The translations under genes and the position numbers were made by a program. A DNA stretch of 61,280 nt, the filler included. It is 3 parts of 3 records of this genome, joined end to end, with 100 filler letters (N's around TTAATTAATTAA, not from the genome) between each part and the next. Parts side by side here need not be neighbours in the genome. Positions count along the whole stretch, not along the records: positions 27,697 to 53,349 come from SRR20825019_2375; 2 more parts are not named here. One strand, given 5' to 3'. This document shows positions 31,321 through 41,842 of the stretch, one piece after another. The first letter of the stretch is position 1; the number at the start of each line of letters is the position of its first letter. The notes beneath the pieces were generated by a model. That model was given only the letters and a program-made list of their open reading frames with translations. It did no database searches and was not told where the DNA came from.

Positions 31321-33303
31321 ATGCTAAAGAAAATATTTAGTGGAACTGATAACTTTTACAAACTTATAACTGAAAGTGATTTTGTAATTGATAAAAGCCT
31401 ATTTATTAAAGAAATAATTGAGCATAAAGAAGAATCTATTTTAATCACAAGACCTAGAAGATGGGGTAAAAGCATGAATCTGGACATGCTCAGAAAATTT
31501 TTAAATATAGAAGTAGATAAATTTGGTAAAAAGCTCAATATAAATCCATATAAAATATTATTTGAAGGAGGTAAAATAGAGATTGGAATAGATAATACCA
31601 AGCTACTTAATAAGCTAAATATTGCTAAGATAGATGGTGATTTCATGCAAAAACAAGGCAAATACCCTGTGATATTTCTAAATTTAAAAGATTGTAAAGG
31701 ATATGATTTTAATACAACATTCGAATCTATAAGGGTCCAAATTCAAAAACTTTATAGAAGTTATGAATATTTAATTACAAGCACAGAATTAAGCGATATT
31801 ACTAAACAACAATTTTATAAACATGCTTCTGGAGATTTTGATTATGAAGAACTTAAAGATAGTCTATCTTTTTTAAGTGAATTGTTATTTAAACATTATA
31901 ACAAAATGGTTTGGATATTAGTTGATGAACATGACAAACCTGGTATCCACTTTTTAACGCTCGGTAATTACCTTAATTTACAAAAAGAAAGAGATAGATT
32001 GACAAGTTTTATTACTAGTATGTTTGCAAGATGTGGTAAAGGTAACGAATTTGTTTACAAGATGGTTTTGACAGGAGTAACCGACTTTATACATAGAGAA
32101 ACAGACTCAGGATTCAATAATCTTTCTGTTTACGGAATGCGTAATTTTAAATTTATTGATAGCTATGGACTTTCTTTAGAGGAAGTTAAATATTTAGTCA
32201 AAAAAGTGGTCAACAAAGCTCTTCACAAAAAAGTACTAAATAAAATCAATGAGTGGTATAATGGATATTATTTAAAAAATTCATCTGGCATTGAAGTTTG
32301 TAAATATAATATATGGTCTGTTATTAAACATCTAAGCGAGTTTACTGAATCAAATATTTTTGTTGAACCAAAATGTTATTGGACTAAAACAGGAGTACCG
32401 GATATTCTTAGAAATATAAATAATTTAGGTGTTAGAAGGTCTTTTGTAGATGAATTAATAAAATTATCTAATGGAGAAGAGGCTTTAATTGATATACCCC
32501 CTGAAGATTTTGAATTCATGGCAAATATAGACTGTGATAATGTAAGAGAACAGCTTATTGTTTACTTACTAATGCAAAGTGGATATCTCAATATAGTAGA
32601 TGACAATGCAAGATTACCGAACCTTGAAGTATCTGAGAATGTAAGAAATATAATAATTCCTATATGGGCTAGAAACAAGGTGCAAGAAATATATGGTTCT
32701 AATTATACCCTAGAAATTTTGTTTGAGAATTTATGCAGTAATTTACCTAATCTTCAAGATTTCATTAATTATTTAGACGAGATAATCAATAGATTAGACG
32801 CAGGTGACAGATCAGAATTTTACTTTAGTGGACTTATAGGTGGTATTATTGAAGCATATAATATTGTACATCCAAAAATTTCCAAATATAAGGTATTAAT
32901 AGAAAAAAATGTCGGTAGAAGAAGAATAGATAATATATTTTATCCTACTAAATCATCATTACCTTTAATAATACATGAATATAAAAAGAGTAAAAACACT
33001 ATAACTAAGATTGAAAAAAATTCAATTCTTGATGATGCTTTATGGCAAATTATAGAAAAGAACTACCTTTCTGAACCAATTTCTAAAATTGAAATTCATA
33101 ATCACTATAAATTCAAAAACATAATAATTAGAGCTGTTTTATTTGTTAGAGATGAGAACACTTCTAATTGGAGCTTTATAATCAAAGAAAAAGAGTTTAA
33201 TCTTGAAACTGCATTTAAAATTATAGACTATGTTAAAAACAGCTCAAATATTAATGAACTCAAAAATATTGGTCTAGATCAATTCATCAATAACTTGACT
33301 TAA
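31321..33303 (+). CDS. AAA-ATPase-like protein with a C-terminal PD-(D/E)XK nuclease-like domain
   Basis: DKSLFI, Walker A RPRRWGKS, Walker B ILVDEHD, SGFNN, WYNGY, YN.WSV, YW..TG; C-terminal RRIDNIF...IIHEYK. Confidence 0.85.
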   Translation: MLKKIFSGTDNFYKLITESDFVIDKSLFIKEIIEHKEESILITRPRRWGKSMNLDMLRKFLNIEVDKFGKKLNINPYKILFEGGKIEIGIDNTKLLNKLNIAKIDGDFMQKQGKYPVIFLNLKDCKGYDFNTTFESIRVQIQKLYRSYEYLITSTELSDITKQQFYKHASGDFDYEELKDSLSFLSELLFKHYNKMVWILVDEHDKPGIHFLTLGNYLNLQKERDRLTSFITSMFARCGKGNEFVYKMVLTGVTDFIHRETDSGFNNLSVYGMRNFKFIDSYGLSLEEVKYLVKKVVNKALHKKVLNKINEWYNGYYLKNSSGIEVCKYNIWSVIKHLSEFTESNIFVEPKCYWTKTGVPDILRNINNLGVRRSFVDELIKLSNGEEALIDIPPEDFEFMANIDCDNVREQLIVYLLMQSGYLNIVDDNARLPNLEVSENVRNIIIPIWARNKVQEIYGSNYTLEILFENLCSNLPNLQDFINYLDEIINRLDAGDRSEFYFSGLIGGIIEAYNIVHPKISKYKVLIEKNVGRRRIDNIFYPTKSSLPLIIHEYKKSKNTITKIEKNSILDDALWQIIEKNYLSEPISKIEIHNHYKFKNIIIRAVLFVRDENTSNWSFIIKEKEFNLETAFKIIDYVKNSSNINELKNIGLDQFINNLT

Positions 33304-33306
33304 GAC

Positions 33307-33630
33307 CTATTTTGATTTTTTAGGCAATACTTTAAAATTAATTTTATTAATATATTTTTTTCCTAAATAAGTATTTATTAGCTCTATAATCATATCTTTC
33401 TTAAAAGAGATTTCAGTTTTATAACAGCTATCTTTTATATTCGCATTAAGAACTCTATAAATAACTCCTGATTTTTTTATTTTAAATACTCCAAGAGGAG
33501 ATACCATTTTAGCAAAATCTTCACCAACTATCTGATTCCATTTCATCATTATTTCACAAAATTCTTTTCCCTTTTTAAGATGCATTTTCTCTAAAAAAAG
33601 ATTTAAACCTTTACTAAAATGATCAACCAT
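33307..33630 (-). CDS. DUF721/DciA family protein
   Basis: W.QIVGE..A....P and IIELINTYLG..YINKINF. Confidence 0.8.
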   Translation of the reverse strand: MVDHFSKGLNLFLEKMHLKKGKEFCEIMMKWNQIVGEDFAKMVSPLGVFKIKKSGVIYRVLNANIKDSCYKTEISFKKDMIIELINTYLGKKYINKINFKVLPKKSK

Positions 33631-33634
33631 AAAA

Positions 33635-34864
33635 TTATATTTTTAATAATCTAGGTAATATATAATTCATAAGAACCATACCTTTTTGAGTAAAACTCAT
33701 AATAGAATTTTCAAATTTTAAATATTTATGCAAAGAGTAATACTCTATATATTTAAAGTCAAATATTTCTTCTAATTTCATATTAGTATAATTAGAAATA
33801 TTATTTACATCAAAGCCCTCTACTTGCCTCAATCCCATTAAAATAAGTTCATTTAGAATTTCTTTTTCAGTAAGTATATTTTTACTTAAGATAGCAGGTT
33901 TAGTTTTATTTATTTCAAACCATTTTTCAGGTGCATGCTCCATAATAATTGAATAAGTTTTTTTATATTTACTGCTAGCATCTTTATTGCTCAAATTATT
34001 ACTTTCATCACCATTAATTGTAATCCTACTATGTGCACCAGCTCCTATTCCTAAATAATCCTTATATTTCCAGTATCTTAAATTATGAATACATTCATAG
34101 CCTTTCTTTGCATAATTAGATATCTCATATTTAATAAAGCCATTCTCTTTTAAAAATTTATCAGTCATTCTATACATTTTATATGACTCGTCTTGCCCAA
34201 GCTCTTTGTATATGCCCTCTTTAAACAATTTAAAAAATTTAGTGCCTTTTTCTATCATTAATTGATAAAGTGAAATATGTTCTCCAGCCATCTTTATAAG
34301 TAATTTTAAATCTATTTTCCATTTATTAATATCCTGACCAGGACATGCATAAATTAAATCTATTGAAAAATTATCAAAAATTTCTCTGCCAAATTCTACA
34401 ACTTTAATAGCTTCAATACTTGAATGTTTTCTTGTGAGAAATTTTAATATTTCATCATCTAGTGACTGCACTCCTAGTGATAATCTATTAATACCTGCTT
34501 TTTTAAAATCTAAGAATTTCTCTTTTTCTGAACTTGTAGGATTTGCTTCAAGAGTTATCTCAACCTGTTTATCTAAATTAGCAATTTTTGATATCTTTGA
34601 AATAATTTTCTCTACAAGAATAGGAGGCATAAGAGAAGGAGTTCCTCCACCAAAAAATATAGAAACAATATTTTTATCTTTAATTATATTTTGAAAGTAA
34701 TCTATCTCCCTTAAGTAAGCTTCTATCCATTGATTTTCATTGATATGGTCTCTAACATGAGAGTTAAAATCACAATAATGACATTTAAACAAGCAAAAAG
34801 GCCAGTGTATATAAATAGATAAATCCTTATTATCACTATGCTGTAAAGTCAAATTCTTTACCAT
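33635..34864 (-). CDS. hemW: Radical SAM heme chaperone HemW (HemN-like)
   Basis: IYIHWPFCLFKCHYCDFNS, FFGGGTPS, EITLEANP, YEISN, HNLRYW, YLGIGAGAHSR. Confidence 0.93.
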   Translation of the reverse strand: MVKNLTLQHSDNKDLSIYIHWPFCLFKCHYCDFNSHVRDHINENQWIEAYLREIDYFQNIIKDKNIVSIFFGGGTPSLMPPILVEKIISKISKIANLDKQVEITLEANPTSSEKEKFLDFKKAGINRLSLGVQSLDDEILKFLTRKHSSIEAIKVVEFGREIFDNFSIDLIYACPGQDINKWKIDLKLLIKMAGEHISLYQLMIEKGTKFFKLFKEGIYKELGQDESYKMYRMTDKFLKENGFIKYEISNYAKKGYECIHNLRYWKYKDYLGIGAGAHSRITINGDESNNLSNKDASSKYKKTYSIIMEHAPEKWFEINKTKPAILSKNILTEKEILNELILMGLRQVEGFDVNNISNYTNMKLEEIFDFKYIEYYSLHKYLKFENSIMSFTQKGMVLMNYILPRLLKI

Positions 34865-35915
34865 CTCTTATATATTCCCTAATTCTTTTCATGAGATCCT
34901 GATAATATACTATATTATGCCATGTCATTAAAATAGCTCCAGTAATCTCTTTTGACTTAACAAGATGATGGATATAACCTTTAGTATAATATTTACAAGC
35001 ATTACATAGACAATCACTATCTATTGGTGAATTATCATTTTTATATTTAGCATTTCTTATATTAATAGTACCATTTTTAGTAAATGCTTGGCCATTTCTT
35101 GCAGATCTTGTAGGTAATACACAATCAAACATATCAATACCTCTTGATACTGCTCCAATAATATCAATAGGTTTTCCAACTCCCATTAAATATCTAGGTT
35201 TATCTTTAGGTAAAAAATCTACACATCCAGATAATACATCAAACATTAACTCTCTATTTTCAGAAACGGCTAAATTACTTCCTATAGCATATCCTTCAAA
35301 TCCAATATTTATTAAATCTTCTGCAGATTTTTTCCTTAAATCCAAATATACTCCTCCCTGCATTATTCCAAATTGTCCATATCCAGGCCTTTTTACAAAA
35401 GAATTTCTTGATCTTAATGCCCATCTAGATGAAAGCTCCATAGATATTCTTGCCTTTCTATAACTTGTTGGATAATCTATACATTCATCAAACGCCATAG
35501 TAATGTCAGACCCAAGCTTATATTGAATTTGAGTAGATTTTTCAGGAGTTAGCATATGCTGTGAACCATCTATATGAGATCTAAATCTTACTCCCTCCTC
35601 AGTTACTTTTCTTAAACCCTTTAGTGACATAACCTGAAACCCTCCAGAATCAGTTAATATAGGCCTGTCCCAGTTCATAAATTTATGCAATCCTCCAAAA
35701 TTATATATAGTTTCAGCTCCAGGTCTTAACATAAGATGATAAGTATTTCCCAAAATTATCTGAGCATTAGTTTCTTTTACAAATTCAGACGGCATAGATT
35801 TTATATTTCCAAGAGTACCTACAGGCATAAAAACTGGAGTGTTAATTTCACCATGAGCTGTTTCTAAAACACCCATCCTTGCCTTATTAGTAACTTTTTT
35901 TAAAGTAAATTTCAT
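34836..35915 (-). CDS. tgt: tRNA-guanine transglycosylase
   Basis: TPVFMPVGT, TDSGGFQV, AFDEC, PRYLMGVG, DMFDCVLPTR, CxCxxC...HN Zn site. Confidence 0.97.
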   Translation of the reverse strand: MKFTLKKVTNKARMGVLETAHGEINTPVFMPVGTLGNIKSMPSEFVKETNAQIILGNTYHLMLRPGAETIYNFGGLHKFMNWDRPILTDSGGFQVMSLKGLRKVTEEGVRFRSHIDGSQHMLTPEKSTQIQYKLGSDITMAFDECIDYPTSYRKARISMELSSRWALRSRNSFVKRPGYGQFGIMQGGVYLDLRKKSAEDLINIGFEGYAIGSNLAVSENRELMFDVLSGCVDFLPKDKPRYLMGVGKPIDIIGAVSRGIDMFDCVLPTRSARNGQAFTKNGTINIRNAKYKNDNSPIDSDCLCNACKYYTKGYIHHLVKSKEITGAILMTWHNIVYYQDLMKRIREYIRDGKEFDFTA

Positions 35916-35931
35916 TAATTATAAATTCTTA

Positions 35932-38577
35932 TTAATTATACTTATAATCTCTTAATATCTGAGTTAACTTATTAATATCAATATTTTTTAATCCCCCAAT
36001 TTGAGCAATTTCCTTACTTCCTCCTCCAGCATTCTTTCCTAATAATTCTTTTGAGATATGCCTAACCAAATCATCTGCCCTTATGTTATTATTTATATCC
36101 TTTCCTGATGAAATTAATATAGTTATATTATCATTTACTTTTAAAATAAATATAATCACTGAACTCGTATATTTTTTTGAAATTTGCATCATTGATATAC
36201 GTACAATTTTATGATCAAACCCTGAAATACAATCAATATAGAAATTTAACCCATTAATTATCTTATTATTTTCATTAAATTTTTTCTCATCAGGTATTAA
36301 ATCCCTAATTTTCATATCCTCTATTTCTTTCTTTAAAGATTTATTATCTTGAACTATCAATTCTATTTTTTCGATTATTTCTTCTTTGCTTACTGATAAT
36401 TTTATGGATAAATTATCTATTATATCTTTATTATTCAAATGATAATTTAAAGCTTCTTTTGAAGTAATTGCTTCTATTCTTCTAACTCCTGATCCTATAG
36501 AAGACTCACTTTTTATTACAAATAAACCAATTTCTTGAGTTGATTTTACATGCATACCTCCACATAATTCTTTGGATCTGAATTTATCATTTTTATCACT
36601 TCCCAAAGTTACTACCCTAACATAATCACTATATTTATCATCAAATAAAGCAGTTGCTCCTTGTTTAATAGCATCTTGTTTTGAAACTACTTCTATATTC
36701 ACCTCATAATTTTCAAATATTATATTATTCACTTTGTCTTCAATTTTTTTTATTAAATCTTCATTCAATGACTTACTATTAAAATCAAATCTAAGTTTAT
36801 CTTCATCAACTAATGAACCTTTTTGACAAATATGATCACCAAGAATATTTTTTAGTACCTCATGTAAAATATGAGTAGCAGTATGATTTTTCTTGATTTT
36901 TTCTCGTCTTTTAAAATCTACCTCCATTAATATATCGTCATTTGAACTTATAACACCTTTTTCTAATAAACATTCATGTACTATAAGATCATTTGCATAA
37001 TATTTAGTATCAATAACCTTACATAAAAATGAGCTATTTTTCATATATCCAGTATCTCCAACTTGACCTCCAGATTCAGCATAAAAACAAGTTAAATCAG
37101 TAACTAAATAAAATTTCTCACCTATTTTTGATAATTGTTTAACTAGCTCATTTTTATAAATAATCTCCCTAATTAAACCTTTGTTAGAATTTTCTTCATA
37201 TCCCTTAAAATTAGTTTTCCCCCACTTTGCTAATATATCAAACCAAATATTTTTAGAGGATTGATCTTGCGATGATTTATTAGAATTTTTAGATCTATCT
37301 TTTTGCTCTTTCATAAATTTTTCAAAAGATGGATTGTCTATTTTAATACCTCTTGATCTCAACATTTCTTCAGTTAAATCTGATGGAAATCCATATGTAT
37401 CATATAATTTAAAAAGAGTACTTCCAGGTAAAGTATCTCCTTTTTTTAAATTTTTTGATTCCTTGTTTAATAATTTTATACCCTTAAATAATGTCTCTTT
37501 AAAATTTTCTTCTTCTTGATACATAATAGAAGATGCAAATTCTTGATATCTTGTAAGTTCATCATAATAGTCCCCCATATATCTAGATATTAAACTACAT
37601 AATTTATAAAATATAATATCTGTGCATCCAAGCATTTCTATATGCCTGATAGCTCTTCTCATAATTCTTCTGAGAACATACCCCCTGCCCTCTGAAGATG
37701 GAGTAATACCAGCAGAAATTAAAAAAAATACTGATCTTGCATGATCAATAATTACTTTAAAAGATGATATATTATCCTCATTAATCTTTACTTTAATTAT
37801 TTCTTCAAGACCTAAAATTAGGTTTTTTAAGATATCTGTTTCATAATTGTCACTAACCCCTTGAAGAGTTGCTGCTATTCTTTCAATCCCCATACCTGTA
37901 TCAATAGATTTTTTAGGAAGCTCAATTAATTCCTTATTAGCAATTCTTTGATATTGCATAAAAACCATATTCCATATTTCTACATATCTATCACCATCTT
38001 GATATTTTGTTCCTGGAAGACCTCCTTGTATATGATCTCCATGGTCATAAAATATTTCAGTACAAGGACCGCATGGACCAGTATCACCCATACTCCAAAA
38101 ATTATCATTGGTTTTTATTGGTATTATTCTGTTTTCATTTAAACCAGTAACTTTTTTCCATATTTCTTTAGTCTCTAGGTCAGTATGATAATAAGTAAAA
38201 TAAAGTTTATTTTTATCAATATGAAAATTTTTAGTAAGTAAATCCCAAGCATATTTTATAGATTCCTCCTTAAAATAATCCCCAAATGAAAAATTACCAA
38301 GCATTTCAAAGAATGTATGATGTCTTTTTGTATAACCAACATTATCTAAATCATTATGTTTCCCGCCAGCTCTAACACATTTTTGTGCTGTTACTGCCTT
38401 TTTATACTTTTTTTCTTCAATTCCAGTAAAAATATTTTTAAATTGCACCATCCCTGAATTAACAAACATAAGAGTTGGATCGTCTTTTGGAATTAATGAA
38501 CTTGAATTAACTTCCTCATGTCCTAAATCCTTAAAATATTTAATAAATTCTTTTCTAATATCTTTAGTAAGTTTCAT
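35932..38577 (-). CDS. alaS: Alanine--tRNA ligase
   Basis: DPTLMFVNSGMVQFK, HHTFFEMLGNFSFGDYFK, HTATH, ELCGG.H, GVRRIEA. Confidence 0.98.
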   Translation of the reverse strand: MKLTKDIRKEFIKYFKDLGHEEVNSSSLIPKDDPTLMFVNSGMVQFKNIFTGIEEKKYKKAVTAQKCVRAGGKHNDLDNVGYTKRHHTFFEMLGNFSFGDYFKEESIKYAWDLLTKNFHIDKNKLYFTYYHTDLETKEIWKKVTGLNENRIIPIKTNDNFWSMGDTGPCGPCTEIFYDHGDHIQGGLPGTKYQDGDRYVEIWNMVFMQYQRIANKELIELPKKSIDTGMGIERIAATLQGVSDNYETDILKNLILGLEEIIKVKINEDNISSFKVIIDHARSVFFLISAGITPSSEGRGYVLRRIMRRAIRHIEMLGCTDIIFYKLCSLISRYMGDYYDELTRYQEFASSIMYQEEENFKETLFKGIKLLNKESKNLKKGDTLPGSTLFKLYDTYGFPSDLTEEMLRSRGIKIDNPSFEKFMKEQKDRSKNSNKSSQDQSSKNIWFDILAKWGKTNFKGYEENSNKGLIREIIYKNELVKQLSKIGEKFYLVTDLTCFYAESGGQVGDTGYMKNSSFLCKVIDTKYYANDLIVHECLLEKGVISSNDDILMEVDFKRREKIKKNHTATHILHEVLKNILGDHICQKGSLVDEDKLRFDFNSKSLNEDLIKKIEDKVNNIIFENYEVNIEVVSKQDAIKQGATALFDDKYSDYVRVVTLGSDKNDKFRSKELCGGMHVKSTQEIGLFVIKSESSIGSGVRRIEAITSKEALNYHLNNKDIIDNLSIKLSVSKEEIIEKIELIVQDNKSLKKEIEDMKIRDLIPDEKKFNENNKIINGLNFYIDCISGFDHKIVRISMMQISKKYTSSVIIFILKVNDNITILISSGKDINNNIRADDLVRHISKELLGKNAGGGSKEIAQIGGLKNIDINKLTQILRDYKYN

Positions 38578-38737
38578 AATGACTATATTTATAGTTTTAT
38601 TATCTAGTTTTTAATCTAATAATCAGCAATCATAATGAATTTTAAAAATTTGTATACTTATAGTCTTTAAGAATAACCAAAAACAATCTATAATATGTTA
38701 AAATTTATTATATAACCTAGTTTACAAATATCATTTC

Positions 38738-40234
38738 ATGCCATCTCGAATCATACAAAGTTTATTTCCTAATAAATATAAGATTGTTATCTTGCTTGGT
38801 GTAAAAAGATCAAAGATTTTTGTTATAAAAAATAGTAAAATTATTAACAAACAGCTCATAAAACACTCACAATGGGAGGATTCATATTTTATTTCATCAC
38901 TTATAAGTAAATATAAAGGTTCTAAAACTTATATTTTATTTGGTTGCGATAAAATTAACCTTTCTCATGAAACTTTAGCAGTTATTAACAATTCTATGCA
39001 AACTTCTTTAATTGAAAATTATATTATTAATAATATTCCTAAAGAAAACTTAACCTCATACCATGTAGTAAGATCAACAAGTGATAATTTATCAGTTATT
39101 TTTGCAAGCACCCCTTTTGAAGATATACATAGCTTAATCACAGAAAGAATCCTTGAAAACAAGCTTGTTTTTGGAGGTATTTTTTTGTTGCCATCTGAAT
39201 TTGAAAGGATATCTGATAAAATTATTAATAAGTTTAACCATCAATACAAAGAAAATGATATTCAAATTATTGTCTCATTATCTGAAATATATGGAATAAT
39301 AATTACTATTAAAAATGACAAACATATTATTGATGTTTTAAATCATGATATTATTGATAATAAATCTGAAAAATATATATCTGGTAGTATAGAAACTATA
39401 ATTAATGACAGTATAATCAGCCTAAAAAAATATGCAGATAATAATAATCTTTCAATAAGTGTTATAACCCTTTTAGGTGAAAAACTATATAATTTAATCA
39501 ATTTAAACTCAATTAATGATGCTAGTGTTAAAAATCTCAATTTAGAATCTAAATTCTCAGATAAAATTATAGATAATAGTCATATAGGATTTCTTGATGA
39601 CATTATTGCACTAAATTTTTTAAATATTCAAAAATTTAAAGCTTTTAATAGAATTATTAGAAATCTTAATATTTTAACAAATATAAATAACTTTATATTT
39701 ATTCCACTTGCTGCTCTTGTATTACTTTTTTCTTTAAAAACATTTTTTTTACAAAAAAACATCTTTGAAAGCAAAAGAAAATTACATAATATTCAAAAAG
39801 ATTATTTTGATCATGCTGGTGAATATAGAAAGCTTAAATCAGATTTTCCAAGAGAAAAGAATTTTGATAAAATAGTAGATTATTATACTCTTGAAAAATT
39901 GTTAAAAGATTCAAGATTTATTAGCCCTTTTGAAAAAATTTCGAAATCAATTACAGAAACTAGAACATCTGAAATTGATATTAAAAATATTTCTTGGCAA
40001 ATTATAAATCCTCCTCAAAAAGGTATGCCTAAAAAAAGTCAAACTATCATTTCTCTAAGCTATACCAAAAAAGATGTAAATATCGCTAAATTACTTTCAG
40101 ATTTTGAAGTTTATGTTAGTAATATTAAACTTATTTTTGAAAATTCAATAGTAACTGTTAATAGATCTGATGATATATCAAGTTATGGTGATAGTATGAC
40201 TATTGAAGCAATTTTTACAATTACTGATAATTAA
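38738..40234 (+). CDS. Hypothetical single-TM protein; possible GspL or PilM-PilN-like architecture
   Basis: 498-aa ORF: large N-terminal domain, one TM (FIFIPLAALVLLFSL), coiled coil, small alpha/beta C-domain. Confidence 0.6.
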   Translation: MPSRIIQSLFPNKYKIVILLGVKRSKIFVIKNSKIINKQLIKHSQWEDSYFISSLISKYKGSKTYILFGCDKINLSHETLAVINNSMQTSLIENYIINNIPKENLTSYHVVRSTSDNLSVIFASTPFEDIHSLITERILENKLVFGGIFLLPSEFERISDKIINKFNHQYKENDIQIIVSLSEIYGIIITIKNDKHIIDVLNHDIIDNKSEKYISGSIETIINDSIISLKKYADNNNLSISVITLLGEKLYNLINLNSINDASVKNLNLESKFSDKIIDNSHIGFLDDIIALNFLNIQKFKAFNRIIRNLNILTNINNFIFIPLAALVLLFSLKTFFLQKNIFESKRKLHNIQKDYFDHAGEYRKLKSDFPREKNFDKIVDYYTLEKLLKDSRFISPFEKISKSITETRTSEIDIKNISWQIINPPQKGMPKKSQTIISLSYTKKDVNIAKLLSDFEVYVSNIKLIFENSIVTVNRSDDISSYGDSMTIEAIFTITDN

Positions 40235-40235
40235 T

Positions 40236-40859
40236 ATGCTTAAAAGTAGAGTAGCGCAATTTAGTAATATAATTTTTTTAAAAACTGTTGGTTACTTATT
40301 TCTTATATCAATAATATACTTCGTACAATTTTTACAAAATAATAAATTAAAATCTATAAGTAATGAAAATTTAAAAATTGAATTTCTTAATCAAGAAGTT
40401 AAAAACAGAATAAGAATATTATCTAAATCTAAAGAGAATATTTTAAATTTATATGAAAAATATGATCAAATCTGTAAAAACCAGATACAAAAGGCATGTA
40501 TACAAAGATCAATGACAATTAAAAAAATTAAAGCATTAGATGAAAAATTTAATATAAACGGTCCTATTAAAATATCTATGATCCATAAAACTCTTAAAAA
40601 TAGATTTCATGATCAAAATAGTACTGAGATTGTAGAAGTAGATTTATCAGTAAATTTTAAGGTTAATAATCCTAATAAAGTTGTACCTATATTAACTGCT
40701 ATATATGATTATATGCCAAAACCCACTTTAATTACATCAGTAAATATTGAAGAAGATGATGTAATTACTCCAAAACATCTAAAAGGACTTTTAAGAACTA
40801 AACCTACTTTTGTTAATGTAAAGCTTGAACTTAGATATAAAGAATTATACATAAAATGA
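40236..40859 (+). CDS. Hypothetical N-anchored protein; possible PilO/GspM-like
   Basis: ATG 1 nt after the upstream stop; N-terminal TM, coiled coil, alternating strand-helix-strand C-terminus. Confidence 0.6.
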   Translation: MLKSRVAQFSNIIFLKTVGYLFLISIIYFVQFLQNNKLKSISNENLKIEFLNQEVKNRIRILSKSKENILNLYEKYDQICKNQIQKACIQRSMTIKKIKALDEKFNINGPIKISMIHKTLKNRFHDQNSTEIVEVDLSVNFKVNNPNKVVPILTAIYDYMPKPTLITSVNIEEDDVITPKHLKGLLRTKPTFVNVKLELRYKELYIK

Positions 40860-41743
40860 GTATTAGCAAAAATAATATTGATCTAATAACAAATAATTTA
40901 AAATTAGAATTTTCTTTTCTTCCAAAAAATACTTTTAGAGTTTTTATAAATTTTTTACTTATTAATTATAGTATAGGTAATGATAATGAATCACTAGATG
41001 ATTATATTTTAAATAAAACTTATAAACTAAAAACTTATTTAAATTCCAAAAATAATATCAAGATTCAGAATGATTTTGAATCAGGTTTTACTTTATTTTT
41101 AATAGCAATCTCAAATAATGATATTAAAGAGGATGAAAATTATGATTCTATTAAAGATAAGATTAAAGAAGATAAAACAAACTCTATTTTAGATATTTTA
41201 TCAGGAAAGAAAGAATCTATTCATCTTTCAGACAATAGTGAACTTTTTGAAATCAACAAATTAATATTATCAATTAAAAATAGTACAGAATTACAAAAAA
41301 AGATAAAAGATAAATTAAAATTTTTATTAAGTAAAATCACTAGTAAAACAATTAATAAAGAAATTAATAGTCAAAATAAAAATATATTATCAGAACAAGT
41401 AATAGTAATAGCTTCAACTACAATTACATCAATTGGTTTTATATCTCTTGCTACTATGTCTGGACTTATCGCACCTTTAATAGTACTTCCAGCAGCTCTT
41501 AGTGGAATAAAATATGGGGTACAAGTAGGAAGTAAAATCTCTAATTATGTAAATAAAAATTTTTATAAATCTAGCAATGTGGATAAAGGATTTAATAAAA
41601 ATTTAATTTTTAATAAAAAAGAAGAAATAAAAAAAGAGATAAATGAAAAACTAAATGAAAAAAATAGAATTGATATTAATAATTCTCTAAAGCCAGAACA
41701 AACTCCTAAAATTAATAATGCAAATAAATCTAAATATAGATGA
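40856..41743 (+). CDS. Hypothetical protein with a hydrophobic hairpin
   Basis: ATGA overlap with the upstream gene; ~45-aa hydrophobic stretch VIVIAST...LPAALSG; charged tail. Confidence 0.7.
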   Translation: MSISKNNIDLITNNLKLEFSFLPKNTFRVFINFLLINYSIGNDNESLDDYILNKTYKLKTYLNSKNNIKIQNDFESGFTLFLIAISNNDIKEDENYDSIKDKIKEDKTNSILDILSGKKESIHLSDNSELFEINKLILSIKNSTELQKKIKDKLKFLLSKITSKTINKEINSQNKNILSEQVIVIASTTITSIGFISLATMSGLIAPLIVLPAALSGIKYGVQVGSKISNYVNKNFYKSSNVDKGFNKNLIFNKKEEIKKEINEKLNEKNRIDINNSLKPEQTPKINNANKSKYR

Positions 41744-41842
41744 AGTAATTATTCTAAAAATATCTTAATTTCTTATGGATGAATATATGTATTTACATTA
41801 TCATGTAAAATAGTTTAATTTATTTTTTAAATATAAAAAACA

